From Candidatus Poribacteria bacterium (lineage in GTDB: Bacteria > Poribacteria > WGA-4E > WGA-3G), in contig JAJECN010000035.1 in NCBI GenBank assembly GCA_022821965.1, positions 76,222 through 140,221 of the forward strand: a stretch of DNA of 64,000 nucleotides, read 5' to 3'. Shown here in pieces: positions 8,682-18,551 of this stretch. Position 1 is the stretch's first letter. Each line of letters begins with the position of its first letter. The position numbers and the translations under genes were made by a program. The notes under the pieces were generated by a model. The model did not search any database. It saw only the letters and a program-made list of their open reading frames with translations, and was not told the origin of the DNA.

Positions 8682-9701
8682 TCACACTGGAATTTGAACG
8701 ACTTCTCCAGTTTCAACACTATGGCTAATCGCTTCCAAAACTCGCATGTTCTGATAGGAATCTTCAAGGCTTGAATGTGGCTGCGTTCCTGCTTGCAACG
8801 ACTGTGCCCAATGCTGCATCTCCTCAAGATAACCAGGTCTACCGATACCGTGGTATGCGGTGTTGAGAGTCCATTCTTCAGTCGGTGTATCCGCATAGCC
8901 ACCACCGAAACCGAGCCAGGTCGGATGCCGATAACGGCGCAATTTGCGTGTCTCCAACACCTGAATCGCTTGATTGCCGGTGCCTTTGACAAAAACCATT
9001 GCTTCCAAAACTGGACCTGTGCCGAGTGTCATCGTGCCGATGCCGCCGTTTTCGTAACGTAGGTTCACGGATATTGACACAGTGCTGGATTCAGCATCAA
9101 CCGTTCCTGTCGCGTATACTTCGCTAACCTGTCCCATGAAGAAACGCATGCAATCGGTCGGATGGATCGCCTGATCGAGCATGAAGGACCATGCAAAGGG
9201 CGATCCTGCCTCGTTTAGACGGGGACCCGGTGCGAGATACCGAGTATGATATTGACACGGTGTACCGAACTCATCCTTGTCCATCAACTGTTTAGCGATC
9301 TGATTCGCGGGGGCATGTCGCCACATTGTACCGACCATCCCTGTTTTACCGGTCTCAACGGATGCATCGACGAGCATCTTCGCGCCTTCAGCAGTGGTCG
9401 CGGGCGGCTTTTCTGTATAGATATGATATCCCCGTTGGAGACACTCAATACCGATGTCTCGGTGTAGTTTGTCCTCCGGTCTGCCCACAACAGCCACGGC
9501 ATAGAGGTCTTCATTGTTGAACATTTCATTGTAATCGGTATAATGACGGAGGGCACCAAACCTACGGGCGTTCGATGCTGCCTTCTCTTCAACGAGATCA
9601 CAAGTGGCTACGAATTCAAATTCTGGCACCATCGGTATACACTGTTGTAGTTGCGACGACATACCACCACAACCAATAAAAGCAATTCGGATTTTATCCA
9701 T
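8682..9701 (-). CDS. Gfo/Idh/MocA family NAD(P)-dependent oxidoreductase
   Basis: Rossmann N-terminus MDKIRIAFIGCGGMS and a GFO_IDH_MocA C-terminal domain. Start re-assigned to ATG 9701 (GGAGAA SD). Confidence 0.75.
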   Translation of the reverse strand: MDKIRIAFIGCGGMSSQLQQCIPMVPEFEFVATCDLVEEKAASNARRFGALRHYTDYNEMFNNEDLYAVAVVGRPEDKLHRDIGIECLQRGYHIYTEKPPATTAEGAKMLVDASVETGKTGMVGTMWRHAPANQIAKQLMDKDEFGTPCQYHTRYLAPGPRLNEAGSPFAWSFMLDQAIHPTDCMRFFMGQVSEVYATGTVDAESSTVSISVNLRYENGGIGTMTLGTGPVLEAMVFVKGTGNQAIQVLETRKLRRYRHPTWLGFGGGYADTPTEEWTLNTAYHGIGRPGYLEEMQHWAQSLQAGTQPHSSLEDSYQNMRVLEAISHSVETGEVVQIPV

Positions 9702-9743
9702 AAGGTATTCTCCAATCCAAGTCTGAAAGATCACTCCTACTGC

Positions 9744-10463
9744 CTATTCCACGCTTAACAGATCTGCCAACTCGTTAAAATCGTTAGCGACGAGGTCAGA
9801 CGGATGCGCGTTTACACCTTGAACGCCACCAGGTCCATATTCTAAAGGACGCGGCACCAATGCAGTTTGAAAACCGACAGCCTGCGAGGCTCGAAGATCG
9901 CCAGGGTGCGCAGCTACCATCATAACTTCACCGGGGGTCAAACCGAGCAGGGAAGCGGCGGTTTGGTAAACTTCAGGATCCGGTTTGTAATGCCCTGTTA
10001 ATTCGGCAGACAGGATACAATCCCACGGCAACCCGCCAAATTTCGCCATATTGGTTAACAAAGCAACATTACCGTTAGAGAGTGTAGCGACGATATACTG
10101 CTTACGGAGCCGGTTCAAGCCGCTGACCGCATCGGGCCACGGTTTGAGTCGATGCCAGACCCGATTCAGATGATCTTTATCGGTTTCACTCAAGCCGACG
10201 ATTTCAAATTCGTCAAGAAGACTATTCAAAATAAGTCGATGTAGCGCGTCAATGTTTTGCCACGGCAATTCGCCACGTCGGACTCTATCCATCGCGGGAC
10301 CGTATCCAGAGCGCCATTTCAAGGCGAACTGCGCCCAATCAATATCAATACCGTGGGTATTTCCAAATACTTCACCTTCGGCAACAATTGAACCGTACCA
10401 ATCTACAACCGTGCCAAAAACATCAAAGGTGAGTGCTTTGACTTTGGAATGCTCGCTTTGCAT
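9744..10463 (-). CDS. HAD-superfamily hydrolase (haloacid dehalogenase type II-like)
   Basis: Motif I LTFDVFGTVVDW (DxYGT-like). 239 aa. 42 bp upstream of the Gfo/Idh/MocA gene, so a likely operon. Confidence 0.6.
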   Translation of the reverse strand: MQSEHSKVKALTFDVFGTVVDWYGSIVAEGEVFGNTHGIDIDWAQFALKWRSGYGPAMDRVRRGELPWQNIDALHRLILNSLLDEFEIVGLSETDKDHLNRVWHRLKPWPDAVSGLNRLRKQYIVATLSNGNVALLTNMAKFGGLPWDCILSAELTGHYKPDPEVYQTAASLLGLTPGEVMMVAAHPGDLRASQAVGFQTALVPRPLEYGPGGVQGVNAHPSDLVANDFNELADLLSVE

Positions 10464-10791
10464 CGTCCTATCCCTTTCTGTCGTTCAAAATTTATCAAGA
10501 AGAATGAACTCATTCTCTTTTTTAACTCAAGTCACATCATAAATCAACTTATCTCAATTGTCCATTGAATTGTTTTATCTATCCCGTAAATCAAAATACC
10601 TTTGGATCCATTCATTTCAATTTCCTCAGAGAGTTCTCGAATGTGCAAGTTTCACTATTCTTCAAAATAGATTACCAGACGTGAAGATCAACGCTATCAT
10701 AGAAGCGTCCGTTAAAAAAAGCACCCTGACGTGAAGTCGGACGCCAGAGTGCAAAGAGGGTTTATATGTTTAGAACCTAAGGACCTATATA

Positions 10792-11382
10792 TCACAAACT
10801 TGTCCTATAGGGTGCCAAAAATTTCCGGAGTTGTCGAATCGCGGCGTTCTTGCGCGAGGCAACAGTCCCAATCGGACATTCGAGGATCGTCGCGACTTCT
10901 TGATAAGACAATCCTTGAACCTCTGTCATCCGAAACACCACTTGGTGTTCCTTCGACAACTTATCAATCGCAGACTGGATCGCCTCATAGGTCTCTTTGG
11001 CGATGAGCAGTGCCTCCGGAGAATAACGTGTATCCGCTATAGCAACCGTGATAGGATGAGAATTTTCATCTTCATCACTATAGGCGGCATCCAATGATTC
11101 AATCTGGGGTGTCCTCTGCTCTTTCGCCAATTGTTTCAAACAGACATTCTTGGCGATGTGATAAAGGAACGTTCTAAACTTAGCAATGGGTCGGTACGTT
11201 GGGACACAACGCCACAGCCGCAGGAACGTCTCTTGACAAAGGTCCTCCGCGAGTGTTTGGTTTTTGACAAATCGATAGATAAAATTTAAAGTATTTCCGT
11301 AATGTCGCTCCGTTAAAATTCGGAATGCGTCTCTGTTTCCATCCTTCACAGAAAGCATCAACTGTTCGTCAGTGTGTATCAT
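10792..11382 (-). CDS. ECF-type RNA polymerase sigma-70 family factor
   Basis: Sigma70 region 2 (FRILTERHYGNTLNFIYRF) and region 4 (LSYQEVATILECPIGTVASRKNAAIRQL). Start re-assigned to ATG 11382 with GAGGAG 6 nt upstream. Confidence 0.7.
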   Translation of the reverse strand: MIHTDEQLMLSVKDGNRDAFRILTERHYGNTLNFIYRFVKNQTLAEDLCQETFLRLWRCVPTYRPIAKFRTFLYHIAKNVCLKQLAKEQRTPQIESLDAAYSDEDENSHPITVAIADTRYSPEALLIAKETYEAIQSAIDKLSKEHQVVFRMTEVQGLSYQEVATILECPIGTVASRKNAAIRQLRKFLAPYRTSL

Positions 11383-11718
11383 GCTTGTCTCCTCAAACGA
11401 GGAGCGTTTCAAGCGAAGGCGTATAACCCTCCTTCCAATCCAGCATAGCGGAGGATGCCTGCTTGTTCGCTCCTTGGTCTGTGCCTTCTCCATAATCGAG
11501 TTCTGGTCCAACAACGGTGTACGTTAGCAATCCCTGATGCCCGTACCTTCAGAGAAATTACTTTCAGAGAAATCCGATCGCTTAATGTACAATCACGATC
11601 ATCTCTACTGATTCCGTTATTCCATGTTCTCTTTCCAACCGCACAAGAATGAGGCATAGCCTCCGTTGAAGATAAAATACACGTCATTTTAAAACTCCTT
11701 TTTAGTTTATTTACCAGA

Positions 11719-11748
11719 TCGGGGCAGTGTTAATGCCCCTTTTTCGCT
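11719..11748 (+). terminator. Intrinsic-terminator-like hairpin plus T-run on the + strand
   Basis: GGGGCAgtgttaaTGCCCC followed by TTTTT. No annotated + strand CDS lies upstream of it. Confidence 0.35.
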
Positions 11749-11863
11749 CCATTAAAAAGATTTGCTAATAGTTTAACCCACATCTTTTGAAACAATTCAT
11801 TTAAAATTAAAAAAATATTTTCACCTGCTGCTCAGAGCTTTTAAAGCCCGCAGAAATGTTCTC

Positions 11864-13015
11864 TTACACCCCATTTGGCTGAAACGGTTCCAGTGACAAC
11901 GATGGTTGTCCGGTCGTGAGCAGTTCACCAATAAGCTGCCCTGTGATGGGTGCGAGAAGAATACCGTTTTTGAAATGTCCAGATGCCAAAACGACGTTAT
12001 CATACCCCGGCAAGTAGCCGAGAAGCGGCCCTTTTTTCACATAAGGACGCAAACCCACCCATGTTTGCACGAAAGTGCTGTCCGCGAGTTTCGGAGCGAT
12101 GGCAATGCCCGCGTCAATCATCTGCTTGGCACCGTCCACCGTCGCGGTTTTGTCATAACCGACAAATTCGACCGTAGCACCGAGTAGAATTTTACCATCG
12201 GCTCTCGGGACGACGTAAATGCCAAGTCCATCAACGATGTGCTTGAAAGGCGGCGGCATCGCTTCAACGAGGACAATCTGCCCCTTCGCAGGTTCAATCT
12301 GTATCGGCACGTCAAGTTGGGCAGTTAGTGCCCCTGCCCAACATCCGGCAGCAATTACGAACGTGTCCGCGTATAAGGTTTCACCGTTCACGACAACACC
12401 GATAACGCGGTTTCCACCATTTTCACTCGCTCGGACGAAATCGGTGACAGGATTACCTACTTGGAATTCCGCGCCGTGTTTTGCTGCTCCCTTTGCGAGT
12501 GCTGTTACCATCTTCGGGTTGCGGACTTGGGCATCTTCAGGAAACAGAACGGCACCAGCAATAGATTTCGAGAGTGTCGGCTCCAACTCCCACGCTTGTT
12601 CGGCTGTCAAAACTTCCGTTGAAAAACCGCGTTTCACACGCCGGTCTGCGAGACCAATTAACCCCGCCGCCTCAGCCCGATTGAAGAATACCGATAGGGT
12701 ACCAGATTGGATGAACTCAATATCTATCTGGGTCTCTGTCCGGAGTTCCTCCGCCAACGATGGATACAACTCAAGGCTCGCGCGGCAGAGTGTCGGATAC
12801 GGTTCATGCGTTGACGCGTGTGAGGTTAAAATTCCTGCGCCCGCCCATGAAGCCTCTGTACCGACGGTGTGCGCTTTGTCAATTACCAACGGTTTCACGT
12901 TTCGCTTGGCAAGATCGTAAGCGATGGCACACCCGATAATCCCTCCACCGATAATGATGACATCCGCGTGATTTCGATTCAAATTTTCCTCCACTTTACC
13001 CCAAAATTGCAACAA
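11864..13015 (-). CDS. FAD-dependent oxidoreductase (DAO/glycine oxidase ThiO-like family)
   Basis: N-terminal dinucleotide-binding motif VIIIGGGIIGCAIAYDLAKRNVKPLVIDK. About 380 aa, typical for DAO-family enzymes. Confidence 0.65.
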   Translation of the reverse strand: MLQFWGKVEENLNRNHADVIIIGGGIIGCAIAYDLAKRNVKPLVIDKAHTVGTEASWAGAGILTSHASTHEPYPTLCRASLELYPSLAEELRTETQIDIEFIQSGTLSVFFNRAEAAGLIGLADRRVKRGFSTEVLTAEQAWELEPTLSKSIAGAVLFPEDAQVRNPKMVTALAKGAAKHGAEFQVGNPVTDFVRASENGGNRVIGVVVNGETLYADTFVIAAGCWAGALTAQLDVPIQIEPAKGQIVLVEAMPPPFKHIVDGLGIYVVPRADGKILLGATVEFVGYDKTATVDGAKQMIDAGIAIAPKLADSTFVQTWVGLRPYVKKGPLLGYLPGYDNVVLASGHFKNGILLAPITGQLIGELLTTGQPSLSLEPFQPNGV

Positions 13016-13114
13016 TTTAGTTTAGCACATTATTGGGTCGCCTGTCAATCTCACTTGCCAAATGCCAATTCGACTACTTATACACATTTTCGGATGCACT
13101 TATTCTGGCACTGC

Positions 13115-13143
13115 AGATTGCAGCTTGAAAATTCGGCGGATCT
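13115..13143 (+). promoter_or_regulatory. Sigma-70-like promoter TTGAAA-17-TATAAT upstream of the EutN/CcmL-like gene
   Basis: Perfect -10 box and good -35 box with a 17-nt spacer, about 110 nt upstream of the ATG at 13253. Confidence 0.4.
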
Positions 13144-13252
13144 CGTGTATAATTACTACGAATAGCATAAAGCGAGCTATCTCAAATTCGGTGGTGCAGG
13201 AAAAAGTAGATTAAAACAAAAGCCTCGCCCAACATGAAAGGTCTTTTATTAA

Positions 13253-13540
13253 ATGATCCTTGGAAAAGTGACCGGGACAATCGTCGCGACGCAGAAAGAT
13301 GAAAAATTGATCGGAAGCAAACTGATGGTTGTCCAAGATGTAAACCTGGACGGAGAAGTTGACCGGAAATATACAGTCGCTGTAGATGCGGTAGGTGCTG
13401 GTATCGGTGAAATTGTCCTTATCGCCACTGGTAGCTCCGCCCGACAGACCGCAGTGACGGGCAATAAACCGGTTGACGCTGTAATCATGGCGATTGTTGA
13501 TACCGTGGAAGTCGCTGGAAAAGTCAGGTATCAAAAGTAA
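13253..13540 (+). CDS. EutN/CcmL/PduN-family bacterial microcompartment vertex (pentamer) protein homolog
   Basis: 95 aa. MILGKVTGTIVATQKDEKLIGSKLMVVQDV...VAVDAVGAGIGEIVLIATGSSARQ...DAVIMAIVDTVE aligns with the PF03319 consensus. Confidence 0.7.
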   Translation: MILGKVTGTIVATQKDEKLIGSKLMVVQDVNLDGEVDRKYTVAVDAVGAGIGEIVLIATGSSARQTAVTGNKPVDAVIMAIVDTVEVAGKVRYQK

Positions 13541-13546
13541 AAAACA

Positions 13547-14122
13547 ATGAAAATCGCGACCGAACGGAAACGCGTCCGCACTGAAACACTCCGCCGTCGC
13601 GAGGCACTCATCTCAGAAGAAAGGGCAAGGCTCAGCCAGCGCATCGTTAATTCCGCTTTGCGCTGGATACAGCGTGAGGGTTTCGATGCCGTGATGCTCT
13701 ACCTGAGTATGAGAAGCGAGGTTGAAACCACCGATCTGCTTGAAGGGTTACTTAATTCAGGTAAGCAGATTTGCGCGCCAGTGATAAATACCGAACAGGT
13801 AAAACTCACACCAAGGCGGATTCAGAATCCGAACACTGAACTGGTACGTCACCGCTACGGCATGTTGGAACCTAAAGACGCATGTCCAATTTTCCCGACT
13901 GAACACCTTCAACTCATCGTGGTTCCCGGTATCGCCTTCGATCGAAAGGGGTACCGCCTCGGCTATGGCAAGGGTTTCTACGATCAATTCCTCACGAAAT
14001 GCCCACACGCCATCCCTATTGGATTAGCATATCAGATACAGGTTGTAGAAGATACATTTCCACAAGCGTGGGATGTTCCAGTTCAACACATCTTCACAGA
14101 GACCGGTAGGATAGAGATTTAA
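13547..14122 (+). CDS. 5-formyltetrahydrofolate cyclo-ligase (MTHFS)
   Basis: 191 aa. 5-FTHF cyclo-ligase family motifs (GYGKGFYDQFL). Starts 7 nt after the EutN-like gene. Confidence 0.7.
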   Translation: MKIATERKRVRTETLRRREALISEERARLSQRIVNSALRWIQREGFDAVMLYLSMRSEVETTDLLEGLLNSGKQICAPVINTEQVKLTPRRIQNPNTELVRHRYGMLEPKDACPIFPTEHLQLIVVPGIAFDRKGYRLGYGKGFYDQFLTKCPHAIPIGLAYQIQVVEDTFPQAWDVPVQHIFTETGRIEI

Positions 14123-14509
14123 CTACTTAACATCAACGAAAGGTCTCAATTTCTCCAATGTCTTTGCCCCCACACCTTTGACATTCTGGAGAGCATCCAC
14201 ATTGGTAAAGTTACCGTTCTGCGAGCGATAGTCGATAATTTTTTGCGCCATCCCCGCGCCGATATTCGGAAGGGTCTGGAGTTCCTCGGCAGAGGCGGTG
14301 TTGATATTAAGAAGTGCAGGTTTAGCCGGTGTTCCTTGGCTTTGTTGGTGTTCTCCATCTGGCCCAACGATCAGATCCGGTTTTCCGAGGAAGATCGCAG
14401 GTGCGAACCGCCTCATACCCCAAAAACCGGTCCCGACTAAAATCAGTATCACGAGAAAAACGACCGCTTTCCAATAATGGCGTTCAATAGTATCCGATAC
14501 GTTATTCAT
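14123..14509 (-). CDS. comEA: ComEA-like helix-hairpin-helix DNA-binding protein with N-terminal membrane anchor
   Basis: C-terminal tandem HhH ([28 protein letters not shown]...[10 protein letters not shown]). TM segment [12 protein letters not shown]. Start moved to ATG 14509 (GGAGG-like SD). Confidence 0.6.
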   Translation of the reverse strand: MNNVSDTIERHYWKAVVFLVILILVGTGFWGMRRFAPAIFLGKPDLIVGPDGEHQQSQGTPAKPALLNINTASAEELQTLPNIGAGMAQKIIDYRSQNGNFTNVDALQNVKGVGAKTLEKLRPFVDVK

Positions 14510-14522
14510 CTCCGCCTTCCTC

Positions 14523-15062
14523 TCAATCAAAATACTCATCTTCACTAAATTTCGTCCACGATTCAAATATCGGAAACGGTCGGGGAAAATTGTCATTGTC
14601 AATATTCAACTTGAATCGAATCCTTTTGCTATCGAAAAGATTTCGGACCGAAATGGAGATCCCCGAAGTTTCAATGCAGTTGTCGCACTGCGTCGGGAGT
14701 ATTTGTACCGAACGCGGTACGTCAAAATAGATACGGTATTCCGAACCCGCCTTTTCAAGGCGATAATCGTCCGCTAAAATCTCCCACTCGCTTAAGGCAG
14801 TGTTGCCTTCAGAGTACTGCGCCCACAAACTGACACCACTAAAGAAATCAAGAATAACACCTTTTCTCTTGCGTGCGTCTTTAGATGGGTCGAATTGTCG
14901 AAATGAACGACCCTTCAGGGCTGCCTTTACCTGCTCTTCCTCTTGCATACTTACCGGTTGCAGCGGATTGAGACACGATGAAAGCATCAAGCACATGGAT
15001 GCAAGCACTAAAGGCACAAAGTGTATTTTTGTGTTCGTATTGAAGGTTTTGTGTTGACACAT
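14523..15062 (-). CDS. Hypothetical lipoprotein
   Basis: Signal peptide with lipobox (LMLSSC). No recognised domain. Confidence 0.4.
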   Translation of the reverse strand: MCQHKTFNTNTKIHFVPLVLASMCLMLSSCLNPLQPVSMQEEEQVKAALKGRSFRQFDPSKDARKRKGVILDFFSGVSLWAQYSEGNTALSEWEILADDYRLEKAGSEYRIYFDVPRSVQILPTQCDNCIETSGISISVRNLFDSKRIRFKLNIDNDNFPRPFPIFESWTKFSEDEYFD

Positions 15063-15217
15063 GTTTTCCCTCCGACGTTTTAAGTAAATTATAGCGTTAA
15101 TCGAATAGTTTTATCTAAAGAAAACGGATCGCGCATATTGAAGTATTCGGATTATACTTGATATGGAAACCCGCCTCTGCTAAAATAGGCAGTGAATTCA
15201 CGATTGGAGAGAATATT

Positions 15218-16246
15218 ATGCAGGAGATTGTTGTAGATTCAGCGAAATTACACGATTTCGTCCGGACGCTTTGTGAAAAGGCAGGATTGCGCGCTGAAGA
15301 CGGGGAAACGATTGCGAAACATCAGGTGCTAACCGATCTGCGCGGTGTGCATTCACACGGCACACGCGCCTTGCCGGGTTACCTCAACCTTATCCTTGAT
15401 GGAAAGATGAATGCACAACCCAATCTCCGCGTCGCGACAGAGGGCCCGAGTTTTGCCGTCGTTGACGGAGATAACGGGATGGGACATCTGGCAAGCACGC
15501 TTGCAATGGAAACGGCGATAGCAAAGGCGAAAACAACAGGCATCGCTGCTGTAGGGGTTCGCAACGCTGGACATTTCGGTGCAGCCGCATGCTACGCAAT
15601 TATGGCGGCATCGAAGCAGATGATCGGATTTTCGACAACGAACACAGGTGGTGCATCTATTGTTGCTCCGGGTGGTGCAGAAGCGGTGGTCGCCAACAAC
15701 GCGATGAGTTACGCGTTGCCCATTGGTGACGGACACCCGATTGTATTGGATATGGCGTGTGGTGTTTCCGCATGGGGAAAGATAGGTACACTACGAATGT
15801 ACGGTAAACCGATTCCAGATGGGTGGCTCATAGATGAGACAGGCCAACCTACCAGCGATCCAGATAAGGGACGCTTCCTTGCACCAGCAGCGGGACCGAG
15901 AGGTTATGGATTAGCACTCATTATGGGTATTTTAGCGGGTCCTCTCAGTGGTGGCTTGATGGCTTGCAATAAATCAGGCGATCCCTCTGAACACTTCTTC
16001 TTCGCTATGGATGTTGCGAATTTCACAGACTACGACGGCTATGTTGCAGAAATCCAACGCGGTATAGATAAGATTCACGCTTCAAAAACGGCAGAAGGCG
16101 TGGAGCAAGCCTACCTGCCCGGCGAAATTGAGTGGAATAACTACGACAATTACCTTGAAAACGGTATTCCGATCCATGTAGACCATTTACGAGGCCTCGC
16201 AGGCATCGCTGACAAGTTAGATGTCCCTATATGTTGGGAGTGGTAG
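15218..16246 (+). CDS. Ldh_2-family (malate/L-sulfolactate-type) NAD(P)H-dependent 2-hydroxyacid dehydrogenase
   Basis: Full-length Ldh_2 (PF02615) similarity (LRGVHSHGTRALPGYLN...). Start re-assigned to MQEIVVD with GGAGAG SD. Confidence 0.65.
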   Translation: MQEIVVDSAKLHDFVRTLCEKAGLRAEDGETIAKHQVLTDLRGVHSHGTRALPGYLNLILDGKMNAQPNLRVATEGPSFAVVDGDNGMGHLASTLAMETAIAKAKTTGIAAVGVRNAGHFGAAACYAIMAASKQMIGFSTTNTGGASIVAPGGAEAVVANNAMSYALPIGDGHPIVLDMACGVSAWGKIGTLRMYGKPIPDGWLIDETGQPTSDPDKGRFLAPAAGPRGYGLALIMGILAGPLSGGLMACNKSGDPSEHFFFAMDVANFTDYDGYVAEIQRGIDKIHASKTAEGVEQAYLPGEIEWNNYDNYLENGIPIHVDHLRGLAGIADKLDVPICWEW

Positions 16247-16311
16247 AAAACGGGCGATAACAGATCAACGCCTCAATCCGTAATCAAAATTAGAGGGCGA
16301 AAGGGTACAAT

Positions 16312-17808
16312 ATGGCAGAAACGAAAGAAACTGTATCAGGCGGCACACTTCCCGATTGGGAGGTCGAAGATTTACCTGCACCACCGAAGTATCAATTTGG
16401 AAAAGCGTTTCGGAGTATCTTAGGTCCCGGCATCATCGCCTTAGGAGGTTCAATCGGCAGCGGTGAGTGGCTGCTTGGTCCTGCCATTACCGCACAATAT
16501 GGAGGCAGCTTGCTCTGGATTGCGACAATTGCTATCCTGCTTCAGGTAATCCTGAACACAGAGGCAATCCGCTATACGCTTTATACCGGCGAACCGATGT
16601 TAAGTGGTTACATGCGCTGCAAGCCGGGCGCGCCGTTTTGGGCATCTTTCTATTCGGGGATTAACTTTTTCGGGATTTGGCCCGGTTGGGCGATGACTGC
16701 TGCGACAGCACTTGCTGCGGCATGGATCGGTTATATGCCACAAGACGCAGATAGCGGGACCGTGCGCCTGTTCGCATATATCATATTTTTTGCCTGCTTG
16801 GGGATTGTCCTATTCGGTGGGAAGATCTACAATGCCCTTGAGAAGGTGCAGCTATTCATGGTCATCTGGATTATCAGTTACCTTGTTGTAATCGACCTAT
16901 TTTTGGTACCCCCAAGTGTGTGGTGGACAACGATCAAAGGCTTCTTTAGTTTCGGATCACTCCCTACGCCAGGACCCGATGGACAGGTTAATTGGCTGTT
17001 GCTTGGGGCTTTCGCTGCCTACGCCGGAAGTGGAGGCTTAGGCAATGTCACCATCACCAATTACGTGCGCGATAAGGGGTGGGGGATGAGCAGTCTCGTC
17101 GGTGCGATTCCATCTATGATCGGTGGACAGAATGTAACGCTTTCGCATTGGGGCAAAGTGTTTCGCATCTCACCAGAAAATCTCAAAAGGTTCAAAGAAT
17201 GGTGGAAATATGTCCGATTTGAGCAGTACGGTATCTGGCTCATTGGGTGTTTTATTGGGATTGCGCTACCAGCAATGCTCACGATAGCGTTTGTGCCTGC
17301 TGGGCAGGAGATGGATCAGTGGTCAGCAGCAGGCTTCCAAGCAGAGGGACTCGCGGAAAAAGGCGGTAGAGTGATGTGGTATCTCACACTGCTGTGCGGG
17401 TTCTGGGTGCTGTTCTCGACACAACTCGGTGGTGTGGACGGCGTTCCGCGAACTTATACAGATATTATATGGACAGGGTTGAAGCGTGCGCGCAACTTAG
17501 GCGAAAACAACGCGAAATGGATCTATTATCCGATTCTCGGTGTCTATATCCTGTGGGGTATCATTGCGATGTATCTCGCCAAGCCGTTCTTTATGATCTT
17601 GGTATCGGCAACAATCGGTGGGTATCTACTGGTGATTACGGCGTTACACACGCTCTACGTGAACCGAAAATTCTTACCACCAGAAATACAAGCACCGTTG
17701 TGGAAACAGATAGGTCTGTTGTTGTGTGCTGGGTATTATTCAATCTTTGGAACAATCACTGTCTATCAGAAAGTGATCGTGCCTTATGTGTTCCCGATTT
17801 TTGGTTAA
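16312..17808 (+). CDS. NRAMP-related polytopic membrane transporter
   Basis: N-terminal segment ILGPGIIALGGSIGSGEWLLGPAITAQYGGSLLW parallels the Nramp/MntH motif (GPG...DPGN...G..LLW). About 11 predicted TM helices. 498 aa. Confidence 0.5.
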   Translation: MAETKETVSGGTLPDWEVEDLPAPPKYQFGKAFRSILGPGIIALGGSIGSGEWLLGPAITAQYGGSLLWIATIAILLQVILNTEAIRYTLYTGEPMLSGYMRCKPGAPFWASFYSGINFFGIWPGWAMTAATALAAAWIGYMPQDADSGTVRLFAYIIFFACLGIVLFGGKIYNALEKVQLFMVIWIISYLVVIDLFLVPPSVWWTTIKGFFSFGSLPTPGPDGQVNWLLLGAFAAYAGSGGLGNVTITNYVRDKGWGMSSLVGAIPSMIGGQNVTLSHWGKVFRISPENLKRFKEWWKYVRFEQYGIWLIGCFIGIALPAMLTIAFVPAGQEMDQWSAAGFQAEGLAEKGGRVMWYLTLLCGFWVLFSTQLGGVDGVPRTYTDIIWTGLKRARNLGENNAKWIYYPILGVYILWGIIAMYLAKPFFMILVSATIGGYLLVITALHTLYVNRKFLPPEIQAPLWKQIGLLLCAGYYSIFGTITVYQKVIVPYVFPIFG

Positions 17809-17848
17809 CGCAACATCAAGCAGTACTCTGCTTGGATCAAAACTCACA

Positions 17849-17877
17849 TTGACTTTGCCTCCAAGATAGGATATACT
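17849..17877 (+). promoter_or_regulatory. Sigma-70-like promoter TTGACT-17-TATACT
   Basis: Good -35/-10 hexamers with a 17-nt spacer, about 60 nt upstream of the coiled-coil ORF at 17936. Confidence 0.4.
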
Positions 17878-17935
17878 ATAGACAATGGCTTGTGAGTTAT
17901 GCCCTTTTAAACATTAGCAAATAGGATGAAATCCA

Positions 17936-18268
17936 ATGCAGCAGACAAATGAACAAATTCTCCAAAAACTCGGAGAGATAGAACAGCGTTTTACAAATCT
18001 TGAGGCGGATGTAAAGGCACTTGACGCTGCACAGAAGGCGCGTGACGACCTACAGAAAGTCCATAACGAGACACAAGAACATCGGTTAACACGGATCGAG
18101 GCTGAACTGAAAGAGGCTCGAACGGAGATGAAGGAAACTCGAACGGAAATGATTGAGCTCCGAAAAGAGGGGGCTGATCAACGTGTGAGTCAGGCAAGAG
18201 TTGAAGCAAAACTTGATGGTCTGATTATACATATACAGGACCAGAAAACTGACAGAAGTGAACGTTAG
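17936..18268 (+). CDS. Hypothetical coiled-coil protein
   Basis: 110 aa, highly charged heptad-like sequence. Candidate promoter upstream. Confidence 0.35.
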   Translation: MQQTNEQILQKLGEIEQRFTNLEADVKALDAAQKARDDLQKVHNETQEHRLTRIEAELKEARTEMKETRTEMIELRKEGADQRVSQARVEAKLDGLIIHIQDQKTDRSER

Positions 18269-18551
18269 AAAATAACAGGGATCGTGGCTTCTATTCTCAT
18301 CGGTGTGGCAGCCTTCTTGAAGTCCTTCTTTTTCGGATAGCTGCCGAAGCATTAGTCATAGCATATATCGCAAGATAGGCGTGCCGTATCTTACACCTCT
18401 TGACACTCTCCAATAATCGCCTCAACAAGTCCCTCGTTGGCGAGGTTTGTAACCTCGCCCTTCCACAAAGACGGTTAACATATCTCAGGATTCATCAACG
18501 AGTTGTCCCACGGAGTGATGGTTTTGTAATCTAATACCACCAGCGCACACC

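Noticed and set aside
10698-10743. Possible terminator GCGTCCG...CGGACGC with two GACGTGAAG direct repeats in the gap upstream of the HAD gene
   Set aside because: Stem is only 7 bp with a roughly 32-nt loop and no U-tract. The GACGTGAAG pair is a possible regulatory site but unsupported. Left unannotated.
12219-12920. 233-aa + strand ORF
   Set aside because: Antisense to the FAD-dependent oxidoreductase gene. Low-complexity translation.
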